In this document: in pieces, positions 10,140 through 20,247 of the stretch
Layout: each line of letters begins with the position of its first letter
Numbering within the stretch: position 1 is the stretch's first letter
Assembly: GCA_034440375.1 (NCBI GenBank)
Contig: JAWXBZ010000105.1
Location: 2,269 to 66,268 of the forward strand
Direction: 5' to 3'
Length of the DNA: 64,000 nucleotides
DNA from: Candidatus Eiseniibacteriota bacterium
GTDB taxonomy: Bacteria; Eisenbacteria; RBG-16-71-46; JABDJR01; JAWXBZ01
Translations under genes and position numbers: made by a program
The notes under the pieces: model-generated
The model's input: only the letters and a program-made list of their open reading frames with translations
What the model was told of the DNA's origin: nothing
Database searches by the model: none

Positions 10140-11840
10140 CTATCGGACCAGAACCACGCGCGTTGTCAGCGCTCCGAGCCGCGCGACGTACACCCCCGGC
10201 GAAAGGTCGTCCGACGGTCGCCATGTCCATCGGCCGTCGGCGTCCTTTTTTTCAACCCGGGCGACTCGTCGTCCGAGGACATCAAATATCTCCACCGGGC
10301 TTGCCGTTGGCGGAGCCTCGGACAGCTCGAATGCGAAAGGTCCCGGCGAGGGAGAATGCCAGGCCAGCAGCCGCGCCGGCCTCTGCGTCCCGGTCGGCGG
10401 CACGGCGCTCGGCAAGCTGAATTCGTAGGCACCCAGATCGATCGGACCCGAGATCGGCCGGGTCCGTGAGCCCTGGTGTTTCATGTAATGGCGAGCGATG
10501 GCATGTTCCGGCAGCGTCGCCGGAGCCGCCGCAATCCCCTGGTCGATGCCGGCGGATGTCGATGCCAGTTCGAAGTTGTCAAAGGCGGCATCCTGGAAGC
10601 CGGGATCGCTCCCCGTGATCTGACCGTTGTTGATGACGCTGGCGGCGGCGCTGTGGCTGTTGACCCAGCCGGTCTTGAACCAGTTCTGCGCGATCGTGAG
10701 CGTGCCGGTCTGGTCCAGCATGCCGAGGCGATTGCCGGTGGCGGTTACGGAGACAATGTTATTCCGTGCGTCAGCCGTTTCGGCACTGCTGGAGAGACGC
10801 AAGAGTGTGGTGTTGCCGCTCCGCCGGGAAACCACCGTGTTCTGAAAAAACCAGAGCGTCCCCTGTCGATAATGGCTCAGTATGCCGCTGTCCCCGCCGT
10901 AGTGGGCGATCTGGCTGTTGCCATCGCCATCCCGCTCGAGGAGCACGTTTCCATACACGAACGTATTGCGATAGTCCGGGTCGTCGTACACCTCGGGGAA
11001 ATCGGAATCGACCAGGTCAAGCTGGCGGTTGCCCCCTTCGATCCAGTTGTAGCGGATGACGCATCCGGCCGAGCGATCCTTGAGATTGTTGCCGCCGGCC
11101 CCGACCTTGAGCGGGCCGAACCAGTTGTACTGGAACGTGATGTTGTTGGTCTCCGTGTAGTTGTTGTGCTCAAAGATGGAGCTGACGTTGCCGTTGTCCT
11201 CGAACCGGCACCCCTCGACAAGCAGATCGGATGACAGGTAGGCACTGAAGAATCCGTTGGCGCAGTCATGAAATCGGCAACCGCGAATGACGAGGTGCTG
11301 CCCCTTTTCCACGTAGATGCCGGCGGCATTGCCGGCCCATGCGGTCAGGCCGCTTCGCCCGGTAAAGCTGTTCGGCGTGTGCGCCGCGCGAAGTTCCAAG
11401 TTTTCGATCACGATCCACGCCGGCATCGTGTCGGGAGGGTTGTTGGCCCCGCCGATCTTGATCAGACCGCGATTCTCCGACCAGAAATTGAGCTGGGTGC
11501 GCGTCGTGGCATTCAGTCCGGTGATGACCGGCAGATTACCCACCGCATCGGGAATGCCCGTCACGACGATGGGCTCTGCCTCGGTACCGACCCGGCAGAG
11601 AACCCACTTCTCCGCGTAGGGTGCGGGGCGGGCGTGAATCAGGACAGAGTCGCCGGGTGCGAGGCTCTCCCAGGGGACATCACCGATATTGAGGAATGGG
11701 TGGCCCGGTCCGACATGACGGGTGATTGCGGCAAGAGCGGAACTCACGATTCCCGCGGTCAGCATCAAGAGGCATGAGATCGAAAGTGAAAAACGAATCG
11801 AGCCGGGGCGGTTGCGAGTGGGCATGCTGCAAGAATGCAC
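10140..11840 (-). CDS. Secreted right-handed parallel beta-helix protein (pectate-lyase-fold) with a C-terminal T9SS type-A/FlgD-Ig-like sorting domain
   Basis: Signal peptide; beta-helix repeats (NNITFQYNWF, RYNWIEGGN, VYGNVLLE); C-terminal tail ...IFDVLGRRVARV...SPGVYVARL... Confidence 0.6.
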   Translation of the reverse strand: MHSCSMPTRNRPGSIRFSLSISCLLMLTAGIVSSALAAITRHVGPGHPFLNIGDVPWESLAPGDSVLIHARPAPYAEKWVLCRVGTEAEPIVVTGIPDAVGNLPVITGLNATTRTQLNFWSENRGLIKIGGANNPPDTMPAWIVIENLELRAAHTPNSFTGRSGLTAWAGNAAGIYVEKGQHLVIRGCRFHDCANGFFSAYLSSDLLVEGCRFEDNGNVSSIFEHNNYTETNNITFQYNWFGPLKVGAGGNNLKDRSAGCVIRYNWIEGGNRQLDLVDSDFPEVYDDPDYRNTFVYGNVLLERDGDGNSQIAHYGGDSGILSHYRQGTLWFFQNTVVSRRSGNTTLLRLSSSAETADARNNIVSVTATGNRLGMLDQTGTLTIAQNWFKTGWVNSHSAAASVINNGQITGSDPGFQDAAFDNFELASTSAGIDQGIAAAPATLPEHAIARHYMKHQGSRTRPISGPIDLGAYEFSLPSAVPPTGTQRPARLLAWHSPSPGPFAFELSEAPPTASPVEIFDVLGRRVARVEKKDADGRWTWRPSDDLSPGVYVARLGALTTRVVLVR

Positions 11841-11962
11841 CGGGCCACCCGGCCGTGTCCATGAACATCGACGGCCTCTCCTTGCGGGCCCGCCCCCCCT
11901 TTGGGTACCGTCCCGGTCGTTTCCTCCCGCCCGTCACGTCGCACTTCGCCCCGAGGTGATGA

Positions 11963-13378
11963 ATGCCGACCATTCCCGACTGGCTCACTCAACTCCTGGC
12001 AATTGGGATTCTCCTCGGAGCCATTGCCCTCGTCATCCTGAACCTTCCCAGGGTGGAGCTGGGCCACTCGCCCGCGTTCCTGAAACGGCGGTTCTGGAAT
12101 TGGTTTCCGCTTGGCCTGACCTACGCCTTTCTGTACATGGGTCGATATAACCTGACGGTCAGCAAGAATGCGCTCGGCGACCTGATGAGCACGGCGGATT
12201 TCGGGACTATTTTCTTCTGGGGAACGCTGACCTACGGGACGGCATTCGTCATCAACGGTCCCCTGACCGATCACTGGGGGGGGCGCCGCACCATTCTGAT
12301 CGCGGCAGCCGGCTCGGCTGTCTGCAATCTGTTGCTTGGCCTGGTCACCTGGCTGGTCATTGCCCGCGGATGGAATCCGCCGGGCGGCGGGCTCGTTCCG
12401 ATCTTTTCAGTGGTCTACGCCGCCAACATGTACTTCCAAAGCTTTGGGGCCGTATCGATCGTCAAGGTTAACGCCGCCTGGTTTCATGTTCGCGAGCGCG
12501 GGATCCTCGGGGGGCTTTTCGGCATCCTGATCTCGCTTGGACTCTATTTCGCCTACGACTGGAGCGGCTTCATCGTGAAGCATGCCCCGACCTACTGGGT
12601 CTTCATCGTGCCGGCCATCATCCTCACCGGCTTCTGGATCATCGACTACTTCATCATCCGCGACACGCCGGGCGAGGCCGGCCAGCCGGACTTTGATGTG
12701 GCCGATGCCTCTTCCTTCGATACCGGACCACCCCTGGGTTTGGCCGCGGTGGCGAAGAAGATGTTCACGAATCCGGTCATCGTCACGATTGCGCTGATCG
12801 AATTCTGCAGCGGCTTTCTCCGCAATGCCGTCATGCAGTGGTACATCATCTTTGCCAAGCAGGTCGGCATCGCCGAGTCATTCGTGCCGAAGAACTGGGG
12901 GCTGCTCCTCTGCGTGGCCGGCATCACCGGTGGCATGCTCGCGGGCGTCATCTCCGATTATGTTTTCCATTCACGACGCGGGCCGGTGGCCGCCTTCCTG
13001 TACGCCGGGCTGATGCTCGGCGCGGTCCTGGTCTATTTCATGTTGTCGAGCCCGCTGCTCGGCTTTGTCGCCGTCTTCATGTCGCTTTGCTTCATCGGGG
13101 TGCATGGCATGCTTTCCGGCACGGCCAGCATGGATTTCGGCGGGCGGAAGAACGCCGGGGTGGCGGTCGGGATCATTGACGGGCTGGTCTATCTCGGCAC
13201 GGCAATGCAGAGCCTGTTGCTCGGCAAGGTGCTTCCGCTGGGTGACGCCGCAAAGAATCCCGAAAATTGGAGGAACTGGCCACTGGCCATGATGCCGGTG
13301 GCCGTCATCGGGTTTCTTCTCTGCCTCCGCCTCTGGCACGCCCGGCCGAACAGCAGCAAGGCCGTCGCCGCTCACTGA
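11963..13378 (+). CDS. MFS transporter, organophosphate:Pi antiporter (GlpT/UhpT)-like
   Basis: About 12 predicted TM segments. The N-terminal motif YMGRYNLTVSKNALGD resembles the OPA-family YLTRKNF region. Confidence 0.55.
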   Translation: MPTIPDWLTQLLAIGILLGAIALVILNLPRVELGHSPAFLKRRFWNWFPLGLTYAFLYMGRYNLTVSKNALGDLMSTADFGTIFFWGTLTYGTAFVINGPLTDHWGGRRTILIAAAGSAVCNLLLGLVTWLVIARGWNPPGGGLVPIFSVVYAANMYFQSFGAVSIVKVNAAWFHVRERGILGGLFGILISLGLYFAYDWSGFIVKHAPTYWVFIVPAIILTGFWIIDYFIIRDTPGEAGQPDFDVADASSFDTGPPLGLAAVAKKMFTNPVIVTIALIEFCSGFLRNAVMQWYIIFAKQVGIAESFVPKNWGLLLCVAGITGGMLAGVISDYVFHSRRGPVAAFLYAGLMLGAVLVYFMLSSPLLGFVAVFMSLCFIGVHGMLSGTASMDFGGRKNAGVAVGIIDGLVYLGTAMQSLLLGKVLPLGDAAKNPENWRNWPLAMMPVAVIGFLLCLRLWHARPNSSKAVAAH

Positions 13379-14905
13379 CTAGGGCGTCGACAGGACGCCG
13401 AGCACCGCCTGCCGGATCTCCTCCTCGCCGATTGTCGGCGGCGGACCGCCCGTGCGAATGATCCGATAGATGAGCGTCCGCATCCCGCGGGCCGACTGCT
13501 CGAAGTAGATCGGGCGGAGCCGCGATTCGGCGGCCACCACGGCCGCATCACGGGCCAGGGGCAAGAGCTCGGGTCGGAAGCGTTCGGTGACCCAATCATG
13601 GACGACGAGGAAGTCACCACCCCTCGCCACGATCTCGTCCAGTATGGCGTCGTAGCCGCCGGCCGGCGTGAATCGCCCGATCGCCCCGGCGTAGTATGCG
13701 GTGTAGGGCTTCCGGTCGTAGACGATGGTGGCCGGTGTGCAAAGGGCCTTGAGCCAGGTCCCGGCCTCGACCAGTTCCGGGAAGTAGCCGTCTTCATTCA
13801 TCGTGTAGAGATCCCGGGAGAACCAGGCCGCGAACGTGATGGAGCCGACCAGCAGCAGGGTCAGGGCCAAACGTCCGGCCGGTCGCCGGACCCGTTCGAT
13901 CGTGACCAGGGAAAGAATCCAGAGGATCGGCAGGAACGGGAAAAGGTAGCGAACGCGCGCGCCGATGAACGTGAGCGGCAGGAGAATGATCTGCGACAGC
14001 CCCGCCAGCAGGAGCCATGTCGGGCCGAAAAGCCCGAGGGGTCCGAGCAGCAGCGGCAGGTACCCCGACTGCGCCCCCAGCTGGCGCAATACCTCGCCGG
14101 CCCTTTGAGGGTAGAGGCGGATGGTCTCGCCACCGAATCGTGCGAGTCGTTCGGAAACGCCCATGCCGACGACCTCGCCGCCGGCCTGTGCTTCGGCGGC
14201 TGTCCAGCTGCCGGCGGCGATGTTGAGTGACTTGGGAGAGAGCGTCCAACGGCCATCGGTGAGGCCCACGGCCACGACATACGGGATGACGATCAGCGCC
14301 GCGCCGGCCAGGAGGCGCACCCAACTCGCGGGGCGACGCCATTGCAGCAAGGCCACGATCAGGACGCCCAGGAGTCCTTCCGGCCGGATGACGTAGGACG
14401 CGCCGAACACCGCCCCGGCTGCCAGCCAGCGAGTGCGGGCCGAGAGGCCGATGCCCAGGAAGAAGAGCGCCAGGAAAGGCATGTCGGTCATCGTGGTCAG
14501 GGAGTAACGGATGGCCAGCGGGGTGACAGCCAGGGCCGCGGCCGGCAGAAGGCGCAACCGACGATCCCGGAGGAACGCGGCGCCCAGCCAGCCGGTGATC
14601 GGAATGAGCAGGGTGCCGGCCACGAGCGCCACGACGCGGGCCGCAAGCACCCAGTCCGGAATCAGGAAGTGCGCCAGCCAGATCAGCGCCGGGTAACCGT
14701 ACTGATGCACGGAGTCGATGCCCGGGCCACCCGCGAAAGCCTGAGCCATGCGGAGGTAGGCCGTACCATCGACGGATGGAATGGACTGGGTGGACCAGAG
14801 CGCCACTCGAATGGCGAGGCCGAGGAGCGCGACGGCGGCGAGGGCGAACCACTCCCTCCGATCGATGGATGGCGGGGGGACGGAATCAGTGCCTTTGGGC
14901 GTCAT
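13379..14905 (-). CDS. Glycosyltransferase family 39 (ArnT/PMT-like) integral membrane protein
   Basis: 508-aa polytopic membrane protein. The N-terminal region (DGTAYLRMAQAF...YGYPALIWL) is typical of GT-C/GT39 dolichyl/undecaprenyl-phosphate sugar transferases. Confidence 0.55.
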   Translation of the reverse strand: MTPKGTDSVPPPSIDRREWFALAAVALLGLAIRVALWSTQSIPSVDGTAYLRMAQAFAGGPGIDSVHQYGYPALIWLAHFLIPDWVLAARVVALVAGTLLIPITGWLGAAFLRDRRLRLLPAAALAVTPLAIRYSLTTMTDMPFLALFFLGIGLSARTRWLAAGAVFGASYVIRPEGLLGVLIVALLQWRRPASWVRLLAGAALIVIPYVVAVGLTDGRWTLSPKSLNIAAGSWTAAEAQAGGEVVGMGVSERLARFGGETIRLYPQRAGEVLRQLGAQSGYLPLLLGPLGLFGPTWLLLAGLSQIILLPLTFIGARVRYLFPFLPILWILSLVTIERVRRPAGRLALTLLLVGSITFAAWFSRDLYTMNEDGYFPELVEAGTWLKALCTPATIVYDRKPYTAYYAGAIGRFTPAGGYDAILDEIVARGGDFLVVHDWVTERFRPELLPLARDAAVVAAESRLRPIYFEQSARGMRTLIYRIIRTGGPPPTIGEEEIRQAVLGVLSTP

Positions 14906-15546
14906 GGTCGCGCATTATAGGCGGGCATCAGGGCCCGCGCCCTGATGGCGGCCGGCCGAACATGGCACCCATCGAGATGATCGTTGACCAGTCCCATGGC
15001 CTGCATGAAGGCATACATGGTCGTGGGTCCGACAAAACTCCACCCCCGTTTCTTGAGCTCTCGCGAGAGTGCCTTCGACTCATCGGACATCGTGACCTTG
15101 ACCAGCGCCGATCGTGTCAGGACGCTCGGTCGCGATGCGGGAGCGGGCTCGAACTGCCAGAAAAAGGGGGCGAGAGAGCCGCACTCTTCGGCCATCTCGA
15201 TGGCGCGGCGGGCATTGTTGATGGTGGATTCGATCTTGCCCCTGTGGCGGACAATGCCGGCGTTGGTGAGCAGCCGATCCACGCGACGCGGCGTGAAACG
15301 CGCGACGCGATTGAAGTCGAAGCCGTCGAAGGCTTCACGGAAGTTGTCGCGCTTCCTCAGGATTGTCAGCCAGGAGAGGCCCGCCTGAAATCCCTCCAGG
15401 CAGATCTTCTCAAAGAGACGCGTCTCGTCGGTAACCGGAAATCCCCACTCGCGGTCATGGTAGGCCGCGTAGTCCGGGCTTCCGGCACCCCACCAGCAGC
15501 GGGGCGCCCCATCCTCTCCCGTCACCAGGCCCCTGCTCTCGAACAC
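14902..15546 (-). CDS. tag: DNA-3-methyladenine glycosylase I
   Basis: RCWWGAGSPDYAAYHDREWGFPVTDETRLFEKICLEGFQAGLSW and the C-terminal FVGPTTMYAFMQAMGLVNDHLDGC match Tag closely. A GTG start after AGGAGGGGGG is proposed. Its stop region overlaps the GT39 gene by 4 bp. Confidence 0.8.
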   Translation of the reverse strand: MFESRGLVTGEDGAPRCWWGAGSPDYAAYHDREWGFPVTDETRLFEKICLEGFQAGLSWLTILRKRDNFREAFDGFDFNRVARFTPRRVDRLLTNAGIVRHRGKIESTINNARRAIEMAEECGSLAPFFWQFEPAPASRPSVLTRSALVKVTMSDESKALSRELKKRGWSFVGPTTMYAFMQAMGLVNDHLDGCHVRPAAIRARALMPAYNARP

Positions 15547-15731
15547 GCACCCCCCTCCTTTCTCTCTGCAATGGCCCGTATGCCGGTCCGCGTCGCGAAA
15601 GCCGGCGGACAATATCGTGTGAGTCACAAATCATTCAATCAGACTTAACTATTGACTCAAGCGGACCATCCCTCCGGACGATTACAAGGAGCAGATCCTC
15701 AGTACTGGCCATCGCCGGTCGATAAGATCGG

Positions 15732-16763
15732 GTGATGAGACCTCGCGAACCATTCGAGCTTTGGGGAGACCGTGTGAACCAATCACAGGCCCATTCCTCT
15801 GCGTCCGAGCGAACCGGACCCGCCATCGTGCTGAAGGCCGGCCGCCGGATCATGCGACAAAGCTGGGACAACTGGCTGCTGATGCTCATCACGCTCGTGA
15901 CGACGACGATCGGCCTTGGTGCCGCGGTCGGGAGCTTGCTGTTGGCGCGTGATCGGGCGCCGTGGCCCTGGAGCGGAAGCGAGTGGGTTCTGCTGGCCGG
16001 GCTGTCGATCATGGTTGGTCTGTTCGGATCGTACCTGACGGTACAGCGCCGCCGGCTCTTCAGCCTCCAGCTCGAACTCGAGGAGGCCCGCGAGGCCGCC
16101 ATTGGCTCCAAGTCACGCCACCATGCCCGGCTGATGGCCCTCAGCCGTGTCAGTCAGACGATGGCCAACGAGAACGACATCGAGTCGATCTTCGCCGGCA
16201 TGACCCAGCACTGCTTCAGCCTGTTCGAGTGCGATCGCGTGTCGGTGATGCTGGTCGACCGCCAGACCGGCGAACTTGTCGTGCGGGCTGCCATGGGACA
16301 CCAGGGCGCGTCGGAAATGATCGGAACGCGCCAGCAACCCGGCAAGGGTATCGCCGGCTGGGTGGCCCAGCATCGTGAATCCGTCATCCTGGGCCAGGTC
16401 GTCGAGCCGGGACGGTTCGAAGGCTTCGAACCGAGCAAGGGGGGTCTGACAGCGGCCATCGTGGTGCCCATCGTGGTCCGCGATGAACTGGTCGGCGTCA
16501 TGAGCCTTTCCAGTCGGAAGCCCGGCATTGAGTATTTCGATGAGGACCTGAAAGCTCTCGAGATATTCGCGGGGAACGCCGGGATCTGTCTGCGGCATAC
16601 GGAGCAGGCGGGGTGGCTGCTCCAGCGCGTCGAGCTATTGGAAAGTACGATCCGTCCGGCAGCGACAAGCCACGGGATCAGGTCGGTCAATTGTCTCCCG
16701 GCGGTGGGGACTGATAATGTCGAAGCGTGCGACACCGACGAACGGCTGCGACCGGCCTCCTGA
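15732..16763 (+). CDS. GAF-domain membrane protein
   Basis: Two N-terminal TM helices followed by a GAF-like region (ESIFAGMTQHCFSLFECDRVSVMLVD...GKGIAGWVA). Confidence 0.55.
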   Translation: MMRPREPFELWGDRVNQSQAHSSASERTGPAIVLKAGRRIMRQSWDNWLLMLITLVTTTIGLGAAVGSLLLARDRAPWPWSGSEWVLLAGLSIMVGLFGSYLTVQRRRLFSLQLELEEAREAAIGSKSRHHARLMALSRVSQTMANENDIESIFAGMTQHCFSLFECDRVSVMLVDRQTGELVVRAAMGHQGASEMIGTRQQPGKGIAGWVAQHRESVILGQVVEPGRFEGFEPSKGGLTAAIVVPIVVRDELVGVMSLSSRKPGIEYFDEDLKALEIFAGNAGICLRHTEQAGWLLQRVELLESTIRPAATSHGIRSVNCLPAVGTDNVEACDTDERLRPAS

Positions 16764-17284
16764 CGGCCGCCCTCTTCCTTATCCTCCAATCGCCGGGCGT
16801 AGCCACCTCCCCAGCCGCCCCCAGGCTAGAATCCTTCGGCAAGGTCCTGCAGCGTCATCGGGTCACACTCGGGCCGGATCAGCATGTCGTGATCGGCGAA
16901 ATCTTTCATGGACCCGGATCGGAACTTGAGTTTGGCCTGGTTGAAGGCCGCTGGCACGACCGCATCTACTATCGCGGCAGCCGCCGAATCCTGCAGGAGT
17001 GGGCAATTCCCGGACCCGGCCTTCCCGACAGCGCCCTCTCGTGGGGCCGGAGCTTCGCCGCCCTTTTCAGCACGCACGACACGCTCTTCGTCGAGCTCTA
17101 CCAGCCCGGTGACCCGGGCTGGGCCACGGGTGAGCGGGCCATGCGAATGGAAGCCCTTTTCCAGAAGTGGATTCGGGGCGACTTCAATCGGGGGGATTGG
17201 GCCGAAGCGGGGGCGCTGGGGATTCCTGCGCAGCGCTTCCAGGGGCCGCCGCCGGAACTTGTATGCCCCCTCGGCGGCGGGTGA
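16727..17284 (+). CDS. Hypothetical secreted protein
   Basis: ORF with an N-terminal signal peptide (TGLLTAALFLILQSPGVATSPAAP). No recognisable domain. Confidence 0.35.
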   Translation: MRHRRTAATGLLTAALFLILQSPGVATSPAAPRLESFGKVLQRHRVTLGPDQHVVIGEIFHGPGSELEFGLVEGRWHDRIYYRGSRRILQEWAIPGPGLPDSALSWGRSFAALFSTHDTLFVELYQPGDPGWATGERAMRMEALFQKWIRGDFNRGDWAEAGALGIPAQRFQGPPPELVCPLGGG

Positions 17285-17363
17285 TGAGGTCCCGTCCCGC
17301 CCGTGCGGCGGATTTCGGTCTTGATGGCAGAACCCGGTCTATACTGCCCGCCGGAGGAAACCC

Positions 17364-18584
17364 GTGGCCCGATCACTGCCATCACCATTTGAACCACCCT
17401 GTCGATTTCTGGTCACCACCGCGCTTGGTCTCGAGGGGTTGTTGCGCGAAGAGTTGATCGAGATGGGCTTTGCGCCGTCCGCCACGCCGGCCGGGGTGGC
17501 CGTTCTGACCGGCGACTGGGATACGGCGGCGCGGGTGTTGACCCGTTCGCGCATCGGCTCGCGCCTCCTTCTTTCGGTCCGCGAGTTTTCGGCGCGTACG
17601 GTCGACATGTTGTATGACCAGGTCCGGCGCATCGACTGGCCGGCTCTTTTTCCGCACACCCTGTCGATCGCGGTCAACGCGTACGGCACGACTGACAGCA
17701 CCGGATACAAGATTTCGTTTGCGCCGCTCAAGATCAAGGACGCCATCTGCGATGAATTCCGCAAGCATGGAGGGCCGCGCCCGGATGTCGACCGGATCAA
17801 TCCGGACGTCCGGCTGGCCGCCTTCTTTTTCAATGGGCGATGCGAACTGTCAATCGACGTGAGTGGCCAGCCGATGCATCGACGCGGCTACCGCGAGGAG
17901 GGCGCCGCCGCGCCGCTGCGCGAGAATCGAGCCGCCGGGCTTCTGCGCATGGCCGGTTATGACGGTTCGGCCCCGCTCTTCGATCCGTTTTGCGGCAGCG
18001 GCACCATTCCGATCGAAGCAGCGCTCATCGCGCGACGGCTGGCACCCGGCCTGCTCCGCCCCGTGGACAGCTATGCCGCGGTCCGATTCATTCCCGCGCT
18101 GACGACGGCCCTCGGAGCGGAACGGGCAGTGGCCACCGAAGAGAGTCTGCCCGCCGCCCCCCATCCAATCCTGGGCCGCGACATCGACGACAGCACGCTC
18201 TGCGTGGCGCGAAGCAACGCGCGAAAGGCCGGCGTGGACCGGGACGTCCGTTTCGAGCAAGGTGACGCACGCAACCTGAATGCCCGGGGCGGCTGGATCG
18301 TGAGCAATCCGCCGTATGGTGAACGACTGGCCGACCCGGAGGCCGCCAGGGCACTCATCTGCGAGTTCGTCCGGCGGGTCAAACACCATGGCACGGGAAC
18401 AAAGCTGGCGCTGGTGCTGCCGCGGGGGCCCCTTGAAAAGTCCGTCGGGCTGAAACCGGCCCGGCGCCTGCCGATCGAAAGCGGGCCGCTCGGGCTGCAG
18501 CTTCTTCTTTTCGACGTTTACGCGGGAACCCGTCGCGGCGGTTCTGTCGACGCCGCGACGGCGGAAACCACACAGGGAGACTGA
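17364..18584 (+). CDS. THUMP-domain class I SAM-dependent RNA methyltransferase (RlmL/RlmKL N-terminal-like)
   Basis: FDPFCGSGTIPIEAA (motif I) and SNPPYGERL (catalytic N/DPPY), with a THUMP-like N-terminal domain. Confidence 0.7.
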   Translation: MARSLPSPFEPPCRFLVTTALGLEGLLREELIEMGFAPSATPAGVAVLTGDWDTAARVLTRSRIGSRLLLSVREFSARTVDMLYDQVRRIDWPALFPHTLSIAVNAYGTTDSTGYKISFAPLKIKDAICDEFRKHGGPRPDVDRINPDVRLAAFFFNGRCELSIDVSGQPMHRRGYREEGAAAPLRENRAAGLLRMAGYDGSAPLFDPFCGSGTIPIEAALIARRLAPGLLRPVDSYAAVRFIPALTTALGAERAVATEESLPAAPHPILGRDIDDSTLCVARSNARKAGVDRDVRFEQGDARNLNARGGWIVSNPPYGERLADPEAARALICEFVRRVKHHGTGTKLALVLPRGPLEKSVGLKPARRLPIESGPLGLQLLLFDVYAGTRRGGSVDAATAETTQGD

Positions 18585-19291
18585 TGCCCGGGGAGCCGAT
18601 CGTCGCGGCGAGCGACGAATCGTTCCTGATCCGCCTTGGCGAGACCGTGACACCCGAAACGAATCGACGGGTTCAGGCGGTGACCGAACAACTCCTCCTG
18701 CAGGCACCGGGCTGGCTGCGCAACTGCCATCCCGGTTACGTCAATCTGCTGGTCGAGTTTGATTGCCTGGCGATTGATGCGGGAGAAGTGCGTCGTTACC
18801 TCTTGAAGCTCCTCGAGGCGACGACCAGCGCGACACCGCTCCCAGCGGCACGGCGCCTCGAAATCGCGGTCTTGTACGATGCCGAGTTCGGCCCGGACCT
18901 GGCCCACGTGGCCGCCCACCATGGCCTCACGACGGATGAGGTGATCCGGCGACACACGGCGCCCGACTACCATGTGCACTTTCTCGGATTCTGCCCCGGC
19001 TTCGCCTATCTCGGCGGACTCGATTCCGGCCTGGCAACCCCCCGACTGGCCTCGCCACGCATCCGCATCCCGGCAGGAAGCGTCGGAATCGGAGGCGAAC
19101 AGACCGGTGTCTACCCGGTGGCCTCCCCCGGCGGCTGGCGATTGATCGGCCGCACGCCGGTCAGGATTTTCGATCCGACGATCGAGCCGGCCGTCCTCCT
19201 CGCCATCGGCGACATCATCCGGTTTCGATCGATCACCAGGGTCGAGTTCAACGCGTGGCCCCCCGCTGCCGATCGTGGCACAGGGGGCTGA
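18584..19291 (+). CDS. pxpB: 5-oxoprolinase subunit B (PxpB/KipI, allophanate hydrolase subunit 1 family)
   Basis: GYVNLLVEFD, HFLGFCPGFAYLGGLD and PGGWRLIGRTP motifs. Confidence 0.8.
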   Translation: MPGEPIVAASDESFLIRLGETVTPETNRRVQAVTEQLLLQAPGWLRNCHPGYVNLLVEFDCLAIDAGEVRRYLLKLLEATTSATPLPAARRLEIAVLYDAEFGPDLAHVAAHHGLTTDEVIRRHTAPDYHVHFLGFCPGFAYLGGLDSGLATPRLASPRIRIPAGSVGIGGEQTGVYPVASPGGWRLIGRTPVRIFDPTIEPAVLLAIGDIIRFRSITRVEFNAWPPAADRGTGG

Positions 19292-20247
19292 TGATGAGTT
19301 TTCTTGTCGTGGAGCGGCCGGGAATCCTGACAACCATCCAGGATCCCGGGCGGCCCGGCCTGGCTCATCTCGGCATCTCGATGTCGGGTGCAGCAGACGA
19401 TTTATCGATGCGCCTGGCCAATCGGCTGGTCGGAAACGTTGATCGCGCCCCTGTCCTTGAGATGACGCTGATCGGCGGCCAGTACGCCTTTCACGGTCCG
19501 GCCCACATCGCCCTGACGGGAGCCCCGATGCCGCTCCGGCTGGCCGGAGCCCCCGTGCCCATGTGGCGAACGCTGGCCGTTCGCGCCGGCGAGCGACTGA
19601 CAATCGAAGGAACAGCCACCGGTGCCCGCGCCTACCTGGCTGTCCGGGGAGGCATCGACGTGACGCTCCTCTTTGGCAGTGCCTCGACACATCTCGTGAG
19701 CGGAGTGGGCGGCCTCGGCCGTGCCCTTCGGGCCGGCGACATGCTGGGCTTCGGCACCTCGGGTTTCGAGCGCCAGCCCCCGGCCGATGGCCCGCCCCCG
19801 GGCCTCGACCGGCTTATCGAGCGCCTGTCGGCGGATCGAGCGATCCGCATCACACCCGGCCCGCAGGCCGACTGGTTCACCGACGCGGCGCGGCAATCGA
19901 TGGCTCTCGATACCTGGACGGTTCACGACCACTCTGACCGAATGGGCATCCGCCTGATCGGGCGGGCGATCGAACGCCATCGGCTTGATGAGCTCCTGAC
20001 CGAGGGGGTGACGCTCGGGGCGATCCAGGTGCTGCCCGATGGCCAGACGGTTCTTCTCTTCGTGGAGCACCAGACCACCGGCGGCTACCCGAAGATCGCC
20101 AACCTCGCGGCCGTCGACCGGCACCGGGCCGGCCAGCTCCGGCCACAGGCCCGGGTTCGGTTCGAATGGATTGACTTTGGTAAGGCCAGGCAACAACTGC
20201 GGGAGCAGGAGGCGGCCCTCGAGGCCTGTCTTCCGGGGGTCGTGTGA
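19291..20247 (+). CDS. pxpC: 5-oxoprolinase subunit C (PxpC/KipA)
   Basis: The ATG at 19291 overlaps the pxpB stop (ATGA). The N-terminus MMSFLVVERPGILTTIQDPGRPG is typical of PxpC. Confidence 0.8.
   Translation: MMSFLVVERPGILTTIQDPGRPGLAHLGISMSGAADDLSMRLANRLVGNVDRAPVLEMTLIGGQYAFHGPAHIALTGAPMPLRLAGAPVPMWRTLAVRAGERLTIEGTATGARAYLAVRGGIDVTLLFGSASTHLVSGVGGLGRALRAGDMLGFGTSGFERQPPADGPPPGLDRLIERLSADRAIRITPGPQADWFTDAARQSMALDTWTVHDHSDRMGIRLIGRAIERHRLDELLTEGVTLGAIQVLPDGQTVLLFVEHQTTGGYPKIANLAAVDRHRAGQLRPQARVRFEWIDFGKARQQLREQEAALEACLPGVV

Noticed and set aside
13794-14852. 352-aa minus-strand alternative-frame ORF within the GT39 gene
   Set aside because: It shares a strand but not a frame with the 508-aa polytopic membrane protein. 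Its translation is Arg/Pro-rich, whereas the membrane-protein frame has coherent TM helices.
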